IMG/VR virus record: IMGVR_UViG_3300035527_000079
Span: 1 to 33,517 of that record
DNA: 33,517 nucleotides
Direction: 5' to 3' (one strand)
DNA from: a virus
Taxonomy: Duplodnaviria; Caudoviricetes
This document shows, piece by piece, positions 24,643 through 33,517 of this stretch (positions are counted from its first letter, which is position 1; each line of letters opens with the position of its first letter). The notes under the pieces were generated by a model that was not told the origin of the DNA, did no database searches, and was given only the letters and a program-made list of their open reading frames with translations. Position numbers and translations under genes: made by a program.

Positions 24643-26548
24643 TAAAATTGAGTTTAAGGTATTCGGGGACGCAAAAGAGCTCTCTAAGGGTCTATCCTCA
24701 GCTAAAAAACAATTTGATTCACTTAAAAGAAACGCTGGTCTTGCATTTATAGGGTTGACAGCTTCGATTGTTGGGTTTACGGAAGCCGCACGAAAGCAAC
24801 AACTCGCCGTTAATCAGCTTAACCAGGCCCTCCAAAATACAGGAAACTATTCAGATAGAGCAAGCAGAGATTTACAGAAATACGCCAAGAGCCTTCAAGA
24901 CGTGACTTTGTTCGGAGATGAAACAATACTCACCGCACAGTCTCTGATTGCGTCTTTTGGATTCGAAGGAGAAACCCTAAAAGCATTGACCACGGCGACA
25001 CTTGACCTGGCACAGGCCAAAGGAATGGATTTAGTTGCCGCGGCAGACCTAGTGTCCAAGGCCGTTGGTTCTTCGACAAATGCTCTTAGTAGGTACGGGG
25101 TCCAGGTGACAGGCGTCGCCGGAAGCACAGCAAGGGCAGAGTCGGCTGTGCAGAATATTACAAAGCTGTTCGGAGGACAGGCGAAAGTGGCCGCTGAAGG
25201 GCTTGGAGTCAATGTCCAGTTTAAAAATACGATGGGAGATTTAGCTGAAACGATAGGATTTGCGCTTGCTCCAACAGTTATAAAACTCACGTCTGCAATG
25301 AAAGAATTTATTGAAACGGCTGATCAGAACCCGAAGTTAATAAAACTCGGAGCCGGGTTTCTGCTGATTGGAACGGCTATCGCCGGAACATTGGCGGCTA
25401 TAGGGTTTCTTGGAAGTGGGATAATATCTGCCATAGGGCTTTTTGGAAGTCTTGGGGCGGCCATTACGCCTGTACTCGCAACCGTAACATCACTTACCGT
25501 CGCATTACCTGCGCTTGGGATTGCCGGGGCTACGGCGTTAGGATTGTGGATTGCAAAACAGGAAGCCGTGACTAAATGGTTTGACGATATAACAAGGAAA
25601 TTTGATTTATTCGGTGTGCGGACAAGAGAAGCACAGTTGCAAGAGGCTGATCTTGCCAACAAGTTAGCAGTTGCCAGAAAGAAGGCATACGATGAACTAA
25701 ACGCTGAAAAGAATAAGAGTCTACAAGAAGAAGCCGCAATGCAAGCCGAACACGAAGAAAAGATTCGTGCGCTTCAACAAGAAACGAAGGATTTCATAAA
25801 AAATAATGAGTCAGAGCTTAAAGAACTCTCTATGACAAGAACGCAAGAAGAGCTTGAAGCTTTGAAGGAAAAGTGGGCGGCTGAACGGGATGGGTTAGTA
25901 GAGCACCTTGATTTAAAACTTCAAATATTATCCGAGGCCGGAATAAATGAAAGCAACCAGGTTAAAGAAATTGAAGAGAAGAAAGCTGAGATAATAGAAA
26001 GATATAATAAATTAATCCAGAAATCAGAAAAAAAGACAACCGATGCAAAAGAAAAAAGCTTACAAGATAGAGTTGATTCTGTTGCCGATTATTCATCTCA
26101 AACAATAGGGATATTGCGTCAGGCCGGCGTACAGACAAAAGCGCTTGAGATCACGAATGCAGTGATTCAGCAAGGCGGCGCCATTATGAAGGCTTGGAAT
26201 TCCGCACCATTCCCAGCAAATCTTCCGGCGGTAGCGTTAACAACCGCCCAGACAGGGCTTATTTTATCGCAAATATCAAAGGCTTCATACGCTACAGGAA
26301 CGCCAAATATACCATATGATATGGATGCAACAGTCCACAAGGGAGAAACTATCATCCCGAAAACTTTTGCTGAGGGAATCCGCGAAGGGGATTTAACGTT
26401 GTCCGGGGGAGGCAACCGGCCAGGCGGGTTAAACTTAAATTTTGATGGTGCGACATTCGTTGGCGTAACGGAAGATATCGTTGATCAAATATTCACAAAG
26501 GCAAGCGAAATGACAAAAAATAGAACACTAGTCGCGGGGGTTGCATAA
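24635..26548 (+). CDS. tape measure protein
   Basis: Ala/Gly-rich helical protein with TLFGDE, hydrophobic middle, coiled coil and C-terminal YATGT...VHKGETIIP; TTG start behind AAGGAG. Confidence 0.9.
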   Translation: MANKIEFKVFGDAKELSKGLSSAKKQFDSLKRNAGLAFIGLTASIVGFTEAARKQQLAVNQLNQALQNTGNYSDRASRDLQKYAKSLQDVTLFGDETILTAQSLIASFGFEGETLKALTTATLDLAQAKGMDLVAAADLVSKAVGSSTNALSRYGVQVTGVAGSTARAESAVQNITKLFGGQAKVAAEGLGVNVQFKNTMGDLAETIGFALAPTVIKLTSAMKEFIETADQNPKLIKLGAGFLLIGTAIAGTLAAIGFLGSGIISAIGLFGSLGAAITPVLATVTSLTVALPALGIAGATALGLWIAKQEAVTKWFDDITRKFDLFGVRTREAQLQEADLANKLAVARKKAYDELNAEKNKSLQEEAAMQAEHEEKIRALQQETKDFIKNNESELKELSMTRTQEELEALKEKWAAERDGLVEHLDLKLQILSEAGINESNQVKEIEEKKAEIIERYNKLIQKSEKKTTDAKEKSLQDRVDSVADYSSQTIGILRQAGVQTKALEITNAVIQQGGAIMKAWNSAPFPANLPAVALTTAQTGLILSQISKASYATGTPNIPYDMDATVHKGETIIPKTFAEGIREGDLTLSGGGNRPGGLNLNFDGATFVGVTEDIVDQIFTKASEMTKNRTLVAGVA

Positions 26549-27336
26549 TGTCAAAAGGATTCCGTTTCTTTGGCACAGATCACAATAATTTGTCATTCGA
26601 TAACACGGTTACTGTGTCAAGTCGTGACGGAAACAAAGATTTCATGTTTGATAATTTGATATATACAAGGTGGATATCTAACGGTGAGGATTCAGATGGT
26701 GATTCTGTTTCCGTTGAGGTCGACTACGGAACGAACAGAACCTTTGACAGCTTTTATGTTTACAATACAAACATAGACGATATCGGCATTGATTACTGGA
26801 ATGGCTCGTCTTGGGTCGCGGTTTCCGGGTTGACTAAAAGCGATGATGGAAGGTATGTTTTCGGGCACTTGTCATCATCCGTTACAGCGACGAAGGTTAG
26901 AATAACAGGCTCGAATACGATTACAGCAGATCAGGAGAAATCTGTAACTTTATTTTACACGTTTCTTGAAATAGGCCAGTTTGAATATTTTCCTGATGCA
27001 AAATATAAAAACAATAATAAGCAAGACATTAAAAAACTCGACGACGGAAGAAATTTTATCATTGAGCGAGGCGGCGCGTTCGAGGAAGAATTAAGGTTTA
27101 AATCGCACGTTAACCAAAACGATATTGATTTAATGCGGACACTAATTGACAGAAAAGAACCGTTTTATGTCTGGCCATGCGGAGGAGATACGAGTATATT
27201 CACATACTCGTTTAAGCCATATCGGTTTCAGGATATTTTTAAGGTCGCAATCGTTGGTTCGGATCAAGGGGAGTATACGAAAAATTATTACCATGCCGGA
27301 TATAATGATAAAATTAAAATGATAGAGGTTGCATGA
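26548..27336 (+). CDS. distal tail protein-like, with probable inserted discoidin/carbohydrate-binding-like domain
   Basis: Directly after the tape measure gene; TRW.S...VDYG...YWNGSSW..ATKVRI pattern. Confidence 0.6.
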   Translation: MSKGFRFFGTDHNNLSFDNTVTVSSRDGNKDFMFDNLIYTRWISNGEDSDGDSVSVEVDYGTNRTFDSFYVYNTNIDDIGIDYWNGSSWVAVSGLTKSDDGRYVFGHLSSSVTATKVRITGSNTITADQEKSVTLFYTFLEIGQFEYFPDAKYKNNNKQDIKKLDDGRNFIIERGGAFEEELRFKSHVNQNDIDLMRTLIDRKEPFYVWPCGGDTSIFTYSFKPYRFQDIFKVAIVGSDQGEYTKNYYHAGYNDKIKMIEVA

Positions 27337-28568
27337 CATTAACTTATCAGCAAATTTATGAGAGATATTCACAGGTTGAGTTTCGCAGAAGGCTCTACGT
27401 TAAACGTCTCAAGCAGGATGGAACGTATGAGGACAGTTTTACTGAAATATCCGCGGGCCTGCTGCCGGACGGATCGCTGAACAGATTGTCCTTATCGCTC
27501 CCAAACTCATCGTATAGTTTCGGCAAGGTTCAGGTCAGTAACGCGAGCCTTAAGATATTGAGCGCATATCAGGAGTTTGCGGGAGAACTTGATCCGAAGT
27601 CAATATTTAGCGGATACATACGTCACTGGTCAATCGTTAAGGTCGTTGATTCGTTAATTGATAAATACACTGACCCGGATAATCCGGAAGAAGTCAGCGA
27701 GACGGTTTTTCAGGGATTGCTCGACTCAACAACGGCGCAGACAGAACAGACGACCGAATCTATAACCGCACTCGATTTTTTAACAGTTCTCGACGAGATA
27801 AACGTCAACTCATTGACGCTGGCACAGACGACACTCAGTGATCTTATTTATGAGATAATGAACAGGTCTGAGTTTACAAAATTTTTTAATGTCAGCAACT
27901 CATCAACTTATATCAGCCCCGGCTATGACGCAACGAGTATTGACGTATCTCAATATGACGGAACAGTGCTTGAAATGCTTGAGGACTTAGCCAAGGGGCA
28001 CAGCATATTTTACGTTGACCCATCTGATAATTATTTTTATTTTGTCGAGGCCACGCCTACGTCGGCGGTGCAGTTTAATTTCTTGGAATCAAACAACAGG
28101 AAGATGTCTATATCAAAATATCGCGAGGGAGTGGACAGACAAATAAATAAATGGTACTGGGAGGACACAGACATATCCTCGGTTGTCGATCCTGAACCGA
28201 TTAACCCGAGATCGGAAACGCTGAATATTAAGGGCGTCACAAACAATACGCAGAGGCAGAATTTACTTGATTTTGTTCTTGAGAAAACAAAGAACGCGAA
28301 GCCGTACTTTTCCTTAAAGGTTCCATATTTGCCAACGATAAAACTTCTTGACAGGGTCGTTATTCAGTCCTTTGGCCAGGCTCCGCCGAATGTCGCGCGC
28401 TGGGGCATGTTTTTATGGACCGATTCTGGCACGCCCGACCCTGAAACAGCGCCGAGGTGGGCGCAGACAGCAGGGATAACGATATCAACGGACAAAGAGT
28501 GGATGGTAAGGGGAATAAATCACGATAAGAATTTGACAACCACCATAGAGGTTGAGCAGATATTATAA
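27333..28568 (+). CDS. tail tip hub protein (Tal/baseplate hub-like)
   Basis: Position; VFQG...ITALD.L..L and IKLLDRV patterns. Confidence 0.6.
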   Translation: MTLTYQQIYERYSQVEFRRRLYVKRLKQDGTYEDSFTEISAGLLPDGSLNRLSLSLPNSSYSFGKVQVSNASLKILSAYQEFAGELDPKSIFSGYIRHWSIVKVVDSLIDKYTDPDNPEEVSETVFQGLLDSTTAQTEQTTESITALDFLTVLDEINVNSLTLAQTTLSDLIYEIMNRSEFTKFFNVSNSSTYISPGYDATSIDVSQYDGTVLEMLEDLAKGHSIFYVDPSDNYFYFVEATPTSAVQFNFLESNNRKMSISKYREGVDRQINKWYWEDTDISSVVDPEPINPRSETLNIKGVTNNTQRQNLLDFVLEKTKNAKPYFSLKVPYLPTIKLLDRVVIQSFGQAPPNVARWGMFLWTDSGTPDPETAPRWAQTAGITISTDKEWMVRGINHDKNLTTTIEVEQIL

Positions 28569-28578
28569 GGAGAGTGTC

Positions 28579-29400
28579 ATGCCAAAAAATAACGAAATAA
28601 ACAAGCCGGTAAATGGCGAAGTTGCGGACGCGAATATCATAAACCAAATAATTCTCAACGCCGGGAATGAGGCAGGGGCCATACCGTACGATGAAAGCGA
28701 TCATCAGCGTGACACGACAGGAAGTCAGAGCATGGGCTCGGCCGCGTATCCGTGGGGGAGTTTTTATATAAACAGAGATTCGTATTTATTTGAGATTGAA
28801 ACAACAAGCAATACTGTTGCGTCTCAGGTCGCGATTAAGGATTTGAGGAAGTTTATTAGTCAGAAGGATACACCGGATAGTTATAGTGGGCAAGCAAATA
28901 AACTTGTGGCTGTAGATTCGGGTGAAAGCGAGCTTGAATTTGTTAACCCGCCGACAAAAACGCCGGTTGTGTTTTCTTTTGCAAAAGGAGGGTCGAACCA
29001 TTCTACCGGATCACATGGCGTCGCGCCACCAGATACCGCGGAATCAGATGCCGGCGGAGCTATAGTCCTTGACGACGTATGGGCTGTGTACAATGCGACA
29101 TATCGCACAATAATAACAACGAAATATAAAAAATTAGCAGGCAGCGATACTGTGAGAATTTATGCTCATGTTCAGCAAAAAAACAGCAACGCATTATATT
29201 ATGTGAGCGTTAAGGTTGATATCGGCGGTGCGAACAACAGCGTTAATGGGTCAACAACCGACGTTGATTGGGAATGGGTAACGTTTGATGTTGATGTTTC
29301 CGGCCTGACAGATGATACAGTATATGATGTTTCCATACAGCTTAAGCATTCTCAAGCAAGAAATGCGTACCTGGATTCAATCATAGGATTTGCATTATAA
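28579..29400 (+). CDS. tail tip / receptor-binding-like structural protein
   Basis: GEVADANIIN N-terminus, DTPDSYSGQANKLVAV fibre motif, beta-sandwich C-terminus; start at ATG 28579 behind AAGGAG. Confidence 0.65.
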   Translation: MPKNNEINKPVNGEVADANIINQIILNAGNEAGAIPYDESDHQRDTTGSQSMGSAAYPWGSFYINRDSYLFEIETTSNTVASQVAIKDLRKFISQKDTPDSYSGQANKLVAVDSGESELEFVNPPTKTPVVFSFAKGGSNHSTGSHGVAPPDTAESDAGGAIVLDDVWAVYNATYRTIITTKYKKLAGSDTVRIYAHVQQKNSNALYYVSVKVDIGGANNSVNGSTTDVDWEWVTFDVDVSGLTDDTVYDVSIQLKHSQARNAYLDSIIGFAL

Positions 29401-29449
29401 AAATCAATTTTTATCTAACATTTTAACCGCAAAAAAGGTATAATAAGCT

Positions 29450-29878
29450 ATGGTACTTTTAAACGTTCAGCAAACATTTATCGCGAATTTTGGCCTGTCA
29501 AGGACAGGAAAAACCGTTACCGTTTCCGTGCTTGACACCTCCGGAAATGTTGTCGGGGCCGGGTATTCTGCCGGCTCTGTTGTTGAATTATCAGACGGTC
29601 AATACGGTTGTGCGTTTACGTTTACAACTGCCATGACAGGTTATATTAAGTTTTCGAATACAACGGATAATTTAGAAGTTTACGTTCCTTTCCTTGCTGT
29701 CGCTGATTATCGGGCAGACATTACGGCTATTAAAAAAATCGAACTGAATAGATGGAAAATATCAAGTAATCAGTTAACTATCTATGATGATGATGGATCA
29801 ACTCCACTATATGTATTTAACCTTAAACGTTTAGGTGTAGCTGACGGAGAAACACCTGACGAGAGAGTTCCGGTATAA
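29450..29878 (+). CDS. putative structural protein
   Basis: Beta-rich; NRWKI..NQLTIYDDDGSTPL..FNL pattern; TATAAT 5 nt upstream of the ATG. Confidence 0.7.
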   Translation: MVLLNVQQTFIANFGLSRTGKTVTVSVLDTSGNVVGAGYSAGSVVELSDGQYGCAFTFTTAMTGYIKFSNTTDNLEVYVPFLAVADYRADITAIKKIELNRWKISSNQLTIYDDDGSTPLYVFNLKRLGVADGETPDERVPV

Positions 29879-30054
29879 TGAGCAATATAGTAATACGAGG
29901 TTTAAACGCCACATTAAAATTTGTAACGCGCGGTTTTGTTCAAGCCCCGATATCTGGCGAGAAAGTAAAGTTTTGTAGAGTATGGACTACTCCATATGTT
30001 TGCCAAAAAATAAAAACAAGTAATCATGTTGACATGAAAGTGAGTACATCATGA
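29878..30054 (+). CDS. small protein (58 aa), not in ORF track
   Basis: MSNIVIRGLNATLKFVTRGF...VSTS*; TAATG and ATGA overlaps exactly bridge both neighbours. Confidence 0.7.
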   Translation: MSNIVIRGLNATLKFVTRGFVQAPISGEKVKFCRVWTTPYVCQKIKTSNHVDMKVSTS

Positions 30055-30344
30055 ATTATGTTGTAGGCAGTGCGATAACAATAAGCGCGGAGATCCCGAG
30101 CGATAAGGTAACGGGAACAACGATTGTGCTTGAAAGCCTGATTAATCCTGACGGAACAGAGCTTGCAGGAAGCCAGGAGTTTACGTTTGGCACCGGGGAT
30201 AATGACACAAATATCGCATCGTATACATTGCAGACGACATCGTCTTATGTTTTGGGGAAATATAATTTTTTATTAAAAGCCACAAACGGCTCTTATGAGA
30301 ATTTTTCGAGAGGGTCGTTTATACTGACGGAGCAGTCATCATGA
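30051..30344 (+). CDS. small Ig-like beta-sandwich protein
   Basis: 97 aa with alternating beta pattern; coupled on both sides. Confidence 0.65.
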   Translation: MNYVVGSAITISAEIPSDKVTGTTIVLESLINPDGTELAGSQEFTFGTGDNDTNIASYTLQTTSSYVLGKYNFLLKATNGSYENFSRGSFILTEQSS

Positions 30345-31903
30345 GAAAATTTATTGTTTTTTTAGCGATTATTTTTATTGCCACGCTTGCCCACGGGCAG
30401 GGGTTTATCAGCTATGACCGCCTACAGGATTTGTCTGACGTCGGAGACGGCACGCCGACAAACGGAAATATTTTGATAGGCGACGGAACGGACTGGGAGA
30501 CTCAAGGTGTTAGCGGAGATGCGACGATATCTAATGCGGGCGTTGTTACGGTCACAGGCGGGGACGTTGACACAGCCGGAGCCTTAGCCGCAGACCCTGC
30601 GGATTGTTCAGCCGGAAGCTTTCCGATCGGTATCAACGCCAGCGGGGTAGCACAGTCATGTACAGACGCATGGACAGAAGCAGAAAATACAGCGGCCGGG
30701 TATATCGCAAACGTAGTCGAAGACACAACGCCGGAGTTAGGCGGGAATCTTGGCGCAGGTGGGAACGATATTGATAATCTCGGAAACATAACTTTTCAGA
30801 CAGGGGCGACCGGGGGAACAATCCGTACAGGCACGAGTAACGCGGATAAATATGTCGTCCAAGCTTATGACGTGGATGGGGCGGCGTATACGACCATTTT
30901 GCAGGCAGACGCCGGGAATGACCCGCAATTACAATTATTTACAGATTACCTGTTTTTTGAAAACTCTGCCGATAGCACAAAGCAGATGGATATTGATTTA
31001 TCAGGGGCGACTACGTCTACTAAGACCACTTTTGCCATATCGCAGACTGCTAACCGCACGCTTACCATGCCGGACGAAACAGGAACGATATGCTCAAGCG
31101 GGAGCGTTTGTAGCGGGTATCAGGGGGTTTTGACCAACTCTGCCGGGTTGCGTGGGGCGTTAAGCGACGAAAGCGGAACAGGGGTAGCCATCTTTGCAGG
31201 TGGGAACATTGGCGCAGGAACCGCCACCACAGCCGCCGCAGACACCAACACTACCGCCATAGCCACCACAGCCTTTGTACAGCAGGAGATTAATGGAGCA
31301 GGGGGGACAGGGTTAACGTGTTCCGGGGGGCAATGTAATGTTGATTTGGGGACGGATATTGATTTGTCGAGTGAGGTAACTGGCGAATTATCCTCATCTG
31401 ATATCAACTGGCAAGGGCTTGAGGAAATCCAAGCCGGAGATATCAACTGGACAAGCCTTAATGACGCTATCCAGTCTACCGGGATTAATTGGCAGTCGCT
31501 TGAGGATGACGTGATTAAAGACGATGCGATTAACTGGCAAGATTTTCCGCATCAAATTTCGTTTAGCTTATCTTCCCCGAATGACTTAACAAATAAAACA
31601 ACGATAGGAATGATACAAAACCAGAAAAGAGATTTGGTAATTAAAGAGATTACGGCTTTAGCGGATGCTGAATCATCTCTGGAGTTGTTTCGGGTGGGAG
31701 GCACAGCATCATCAATTAATTGGGATGATTTGGAAGTTATCGAGCCATTTGATATCAATACAGCTAACGGAGATTGGTACGAGGCTTACATCAATACAGG
31801 GATAAATTGGGATGATTACGAATTAAACGATAGAATCGGAATTAATTGGCAATCAGGGGATCCCGGACAAGCAACGATTAACCTTAAAATGTGGGGGAAA
31901 TAA
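30341..31903 (+). CDS. tail-fibre-like protein with Sec signal peptide and INW repeats
   Basis: MRKFIVFLAIIFIATLAHG; fibre-type motifs LQDLSDV, VEDTTPELGGNL, TANRTLTMPDETGT, DTNTTAIATTAFVQ; seven INW motifs. Confidence 0.75.
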   Translation: MRKFIVFLAIIFIATLAHGQGFISYDRLQDLSDVGDGTPTNGNILIGDGTDWETQGVSGDATISNAGVVTVTGGDVDTAGALAADPADCSAGSFPIGINASGVAQSCTDAWTEAENTAAGYIANVVEDTTPELGGNLGAGGNDIDNLGNITFQTGATGGTIRTGTSNADKYVVQAYDVDGAAYTTILQADAGNDPQLQLFTDYLFFENSADSTKQMDIDLSGATTSTKTTFAISQTANRTLTMPDETGTICSSGSVCSGYQGVLTNSAGLRGALSDESGTGVAIFAGGNIGAGTATTAAADTNTTAIATTAFVQQEINGAGGTGLTCSGGQCNVDLGTDIDLSSEVTGELSSSDINWQGLEEIQAGDINWTSLNDAIQSTGINWQSLEDDVIKDDAINWQDFPHQISFSLSSPNDLTNKTTIGMIQNQKRDLVIKEITALADAESSLELFRVGGTASSINWDDLEVIEPFDINTANGDWYEAYINTGINWDDYELNDRIGINWQSGDPGQATINLKMWGK

Positions 31904-32367
31904 TGAGGAAATTGATTTTAGTTTTGGTGTTTTGTTTGGTGGCTGTGCCTTGTATGGGGCAGTGTGTAGCAGAAATTAAAGATGTTGTTCAGGATGAAAT
32001 TAGAGGGTCGATAATTGTTCAGACTGAATATACGCTAAATGGAAAAGTTGTTCAGCAAGGGCAGACAAGGTATTTAGAAACAAGCGGAACGAATGAAGAA
32101 ATTATCGCAAGAGCAAAAGAGGATATTGCTATTCATTGCGAGAATCTTATACGACGGATTGAAGCAAACCAGACATTTCTACAAGCAGAAGCATTGAAGA
32201 TTCAAAAGGCGTTGACTGCTCCGATTATCACAGACATTAAAGATGATTTGGTCGGGTATAAGACAACAAAAACAGAAGCTATTGATACTTTTAAAGACAA
32301 GGAAATAAAGGTTACATATGATGAAAAAAATACTATTAGCGATATTATTTCTGCTGACACTAAATAG
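31903..32367 (+). CDS. secreted hypothetical protein
   Basis: MRKLILVLVFCLVAVPCMG signal peptide; ATG 31903 overlaps the upstream stop (TAATG). Confidence 0.75.
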   Translation: MRKLILVLVFCLVAVPCMGQCVAEIKDVVQDEIRGSIIVQTEYTLNGKVVQQGQTRYLETSGTNEEIIARAKEDIAIHCENLIRRIEANQTFLQAEALKIQKALTAPIITDIKDDLVGYKTTKTEAIDTFKDKEIKVTYDEKNTISDIISADTK

Positions 32368-33100
32368 CCAAACGTTTGCGATTAATTGGTCCAGCCAAGC
32401 AGAAACAGCAGGTGCATATAATATAGAAACAGGAAGTGGAACAACTTTTTACGACCAATCTTCAAACGAACATGACGGAACTTGTGAAAGTGGTGCATGG
32501 GATAGCGATGTTCCAGATTCAGGAGATGGCTTTGAAGGAACATCAACTTATTCGTTAAAATTTATTTTGTCGAATGCAAACATCTCTGATGATGATGATT
32601 TTGATTTCACGGATTCAATGACTCTTGGTGCATGGGTGGGAAGTGATGATACTCATACGGGAATGGGCGACGAAGTAATTATAGATAAATATACTGCAAG
32701 TACGGATGGATATAAATTAGCTTTTGAAACAACAGCTGATGATTACTATATTTTAATTGATTTGGATGGAACACCAACAACTTGTTATACAACAGGAATT
32801 TCGTTTTCTGCTAATACTTGGCATTATTTAACTGCCACATTTGACGGAAGTAATTTAAGAATTTATTGGGATGGTTCTTTAGAGAATACTTGCACTGCTT
32901 CTGGTTCAATAACAACAAGCACAGATAATATAAGGATAGGACAAAATCTTTCTGGTGGCAATTGTTACTTTGGTAGCATTGATGAAATTTTATTTTCTTA
33001 TGACGCTTTGGATTTAACCGACATCAACGACATAATGACAAACGGACTCGTGCAAGCAGAAACCGCCACCGGACAAATAATCTTCTCAAACTTTTTTTAA
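32318..33100 (+). CDS. secreted LamG/concanavalin A-like lectin domain protein
   Basis: MKKILLAILFLLTLNSQTFA signal; ETGSGTTFYDQS, MTLGAWV, WHYLTATFDGS.LRIYWDG, RIG....YFGSIDEI. Confidence 0.85.
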   Translation: MMKKILLAILFLLTLNSQTFAINWSSQAETAGAYNIETGSGTTFYDQSSNEHDGTCESGAWDSDVPDSGDGFEGTSTYSLKFILSNANISDDDDFDFTDSMTLGAWVGSDDTHTGMGDEVIIDKYTASTDGYKLAFETTADDYYILIDLDGTPTTCYTTGISFSANTWHYLTATFDGSNLRIYWDGSLENTCTASGSITTSTDNIRIGQNLSGGNCYFGSIDEILFSYDALDLTDINDIMTNGLVQAETATGQIIFSNFF

Positions 33101-33167
33101 TTATGAAATCAATCTTGAAGAAGATTAAGGACTTAACAACTATCAAACTTACTGTGAAAGGATAACT

Positions 33168-33470
33168 ATGGAAGGGTCAATCGGAACAATAATCGGAGTA
33201 ATACTTTCCCTTATAACTATATTGGGAGGGTTTTGGAAAATAGCAAAAGGGTTTCGTGATGATTTGAAGAAAACTACGGATTTATTGTTCCAAAGATTCG
33301 ACACTCACAAAGAAGCGGTCGATAAGAAACTTTTTTATTTAGCTGAGATAAACGATAAGAAATATACAAAATCAGAAATCTGTAATGTGGTAAGGAAAAA
33401 CACAGATAAAGTGCTTTCGGATATAAATCGTAAACTTGACTTGTTGCTTGAAGAAAGACGGAACCGATGA
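33168..33470 (+). CDS. single-TM protein with coiled coil, possible holin/lysis accessory
   Basis: IGTIIGVILSLITILGGFW TM then charged helix; position after tail genes. Confidence 0.55.
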   Translation: MEGSIGTIIGVILSLITILGGFWKIAKGFRDDLKKTTDLLFQRFDTHKEAVDKKLFYLAEINDKKYTKSEICNVVRKNTDKVLSDINRKLDLLLEERRNR

Positions 33471-33517
33471 TCTGCGATAACTGCAAACAAATTAATACGC
33501 CATATTGTAACCATTTT

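Noticed and set aside
33467-33517. Start of a Cys-rich ORF (MICDNCKQ...) at the right edge
   Set aside because: Truncated by the window; too short to call.
1-33517. Alternative genetic code, diversity-generating retroelement, integrase or transposase
   Set aside because: Core genes are full length in the standard code. No reverse transcriptase, template/variable repeat pair, recombinase or DDE transposase was recognised.

Overview
The window is most of a tailed dsDNA phage or prophage genome with siphovirus-type organisation (tail tube and tape measure, no sheath). No integrase, transposase, tRNA or CRISPR array is visible. A leftward early arm (about 6383 to 1) encodes a small HTH regulator, a SleB-like hydrolase, YqaJ exonuclease, an SMC/Rad50-like ATPase, an SSB-like protein, RecT and a cold-shock protein. 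It diverges from a rightward arm at a switch marked by three TTGAC-N4-GTCAA palindromes. The rightward arm runs: SF2 helicase, DenV-like glycosylase, VRR-NUC nuclease, Toprim-VapE primase/helicase, an AT-rich repeat region (candidate origin), terminase, a Mu-like head module, a siphovirus tail with a -1 frameshift chaperone, and tail-tip genes. Four features stand out. (1) A TMTC-like GT-C membrane glycosyltransferase sits between terS and terL, and three distal late genes carry Sec signal peptides. One is a tail-fibre-motif protein with seven INW repeats, suggesting an export-and-glycosylate system for virion or surface proteins. (2) An unlisted 38-aa Com-family zinc finger is followed by a bipartite GAGNNCC motif overlapping a terminator in front of the capsid genes, a candidate Com-dependent switch. 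(3) ClpP and a Mu-I-type protease are fused in tandem with a nested scaffold. (4) A three-way-junction RNA carries a perfect antisense copy of upstream ribosome-binding sites. All family calls come from motif recognition by eye; no database search was run.
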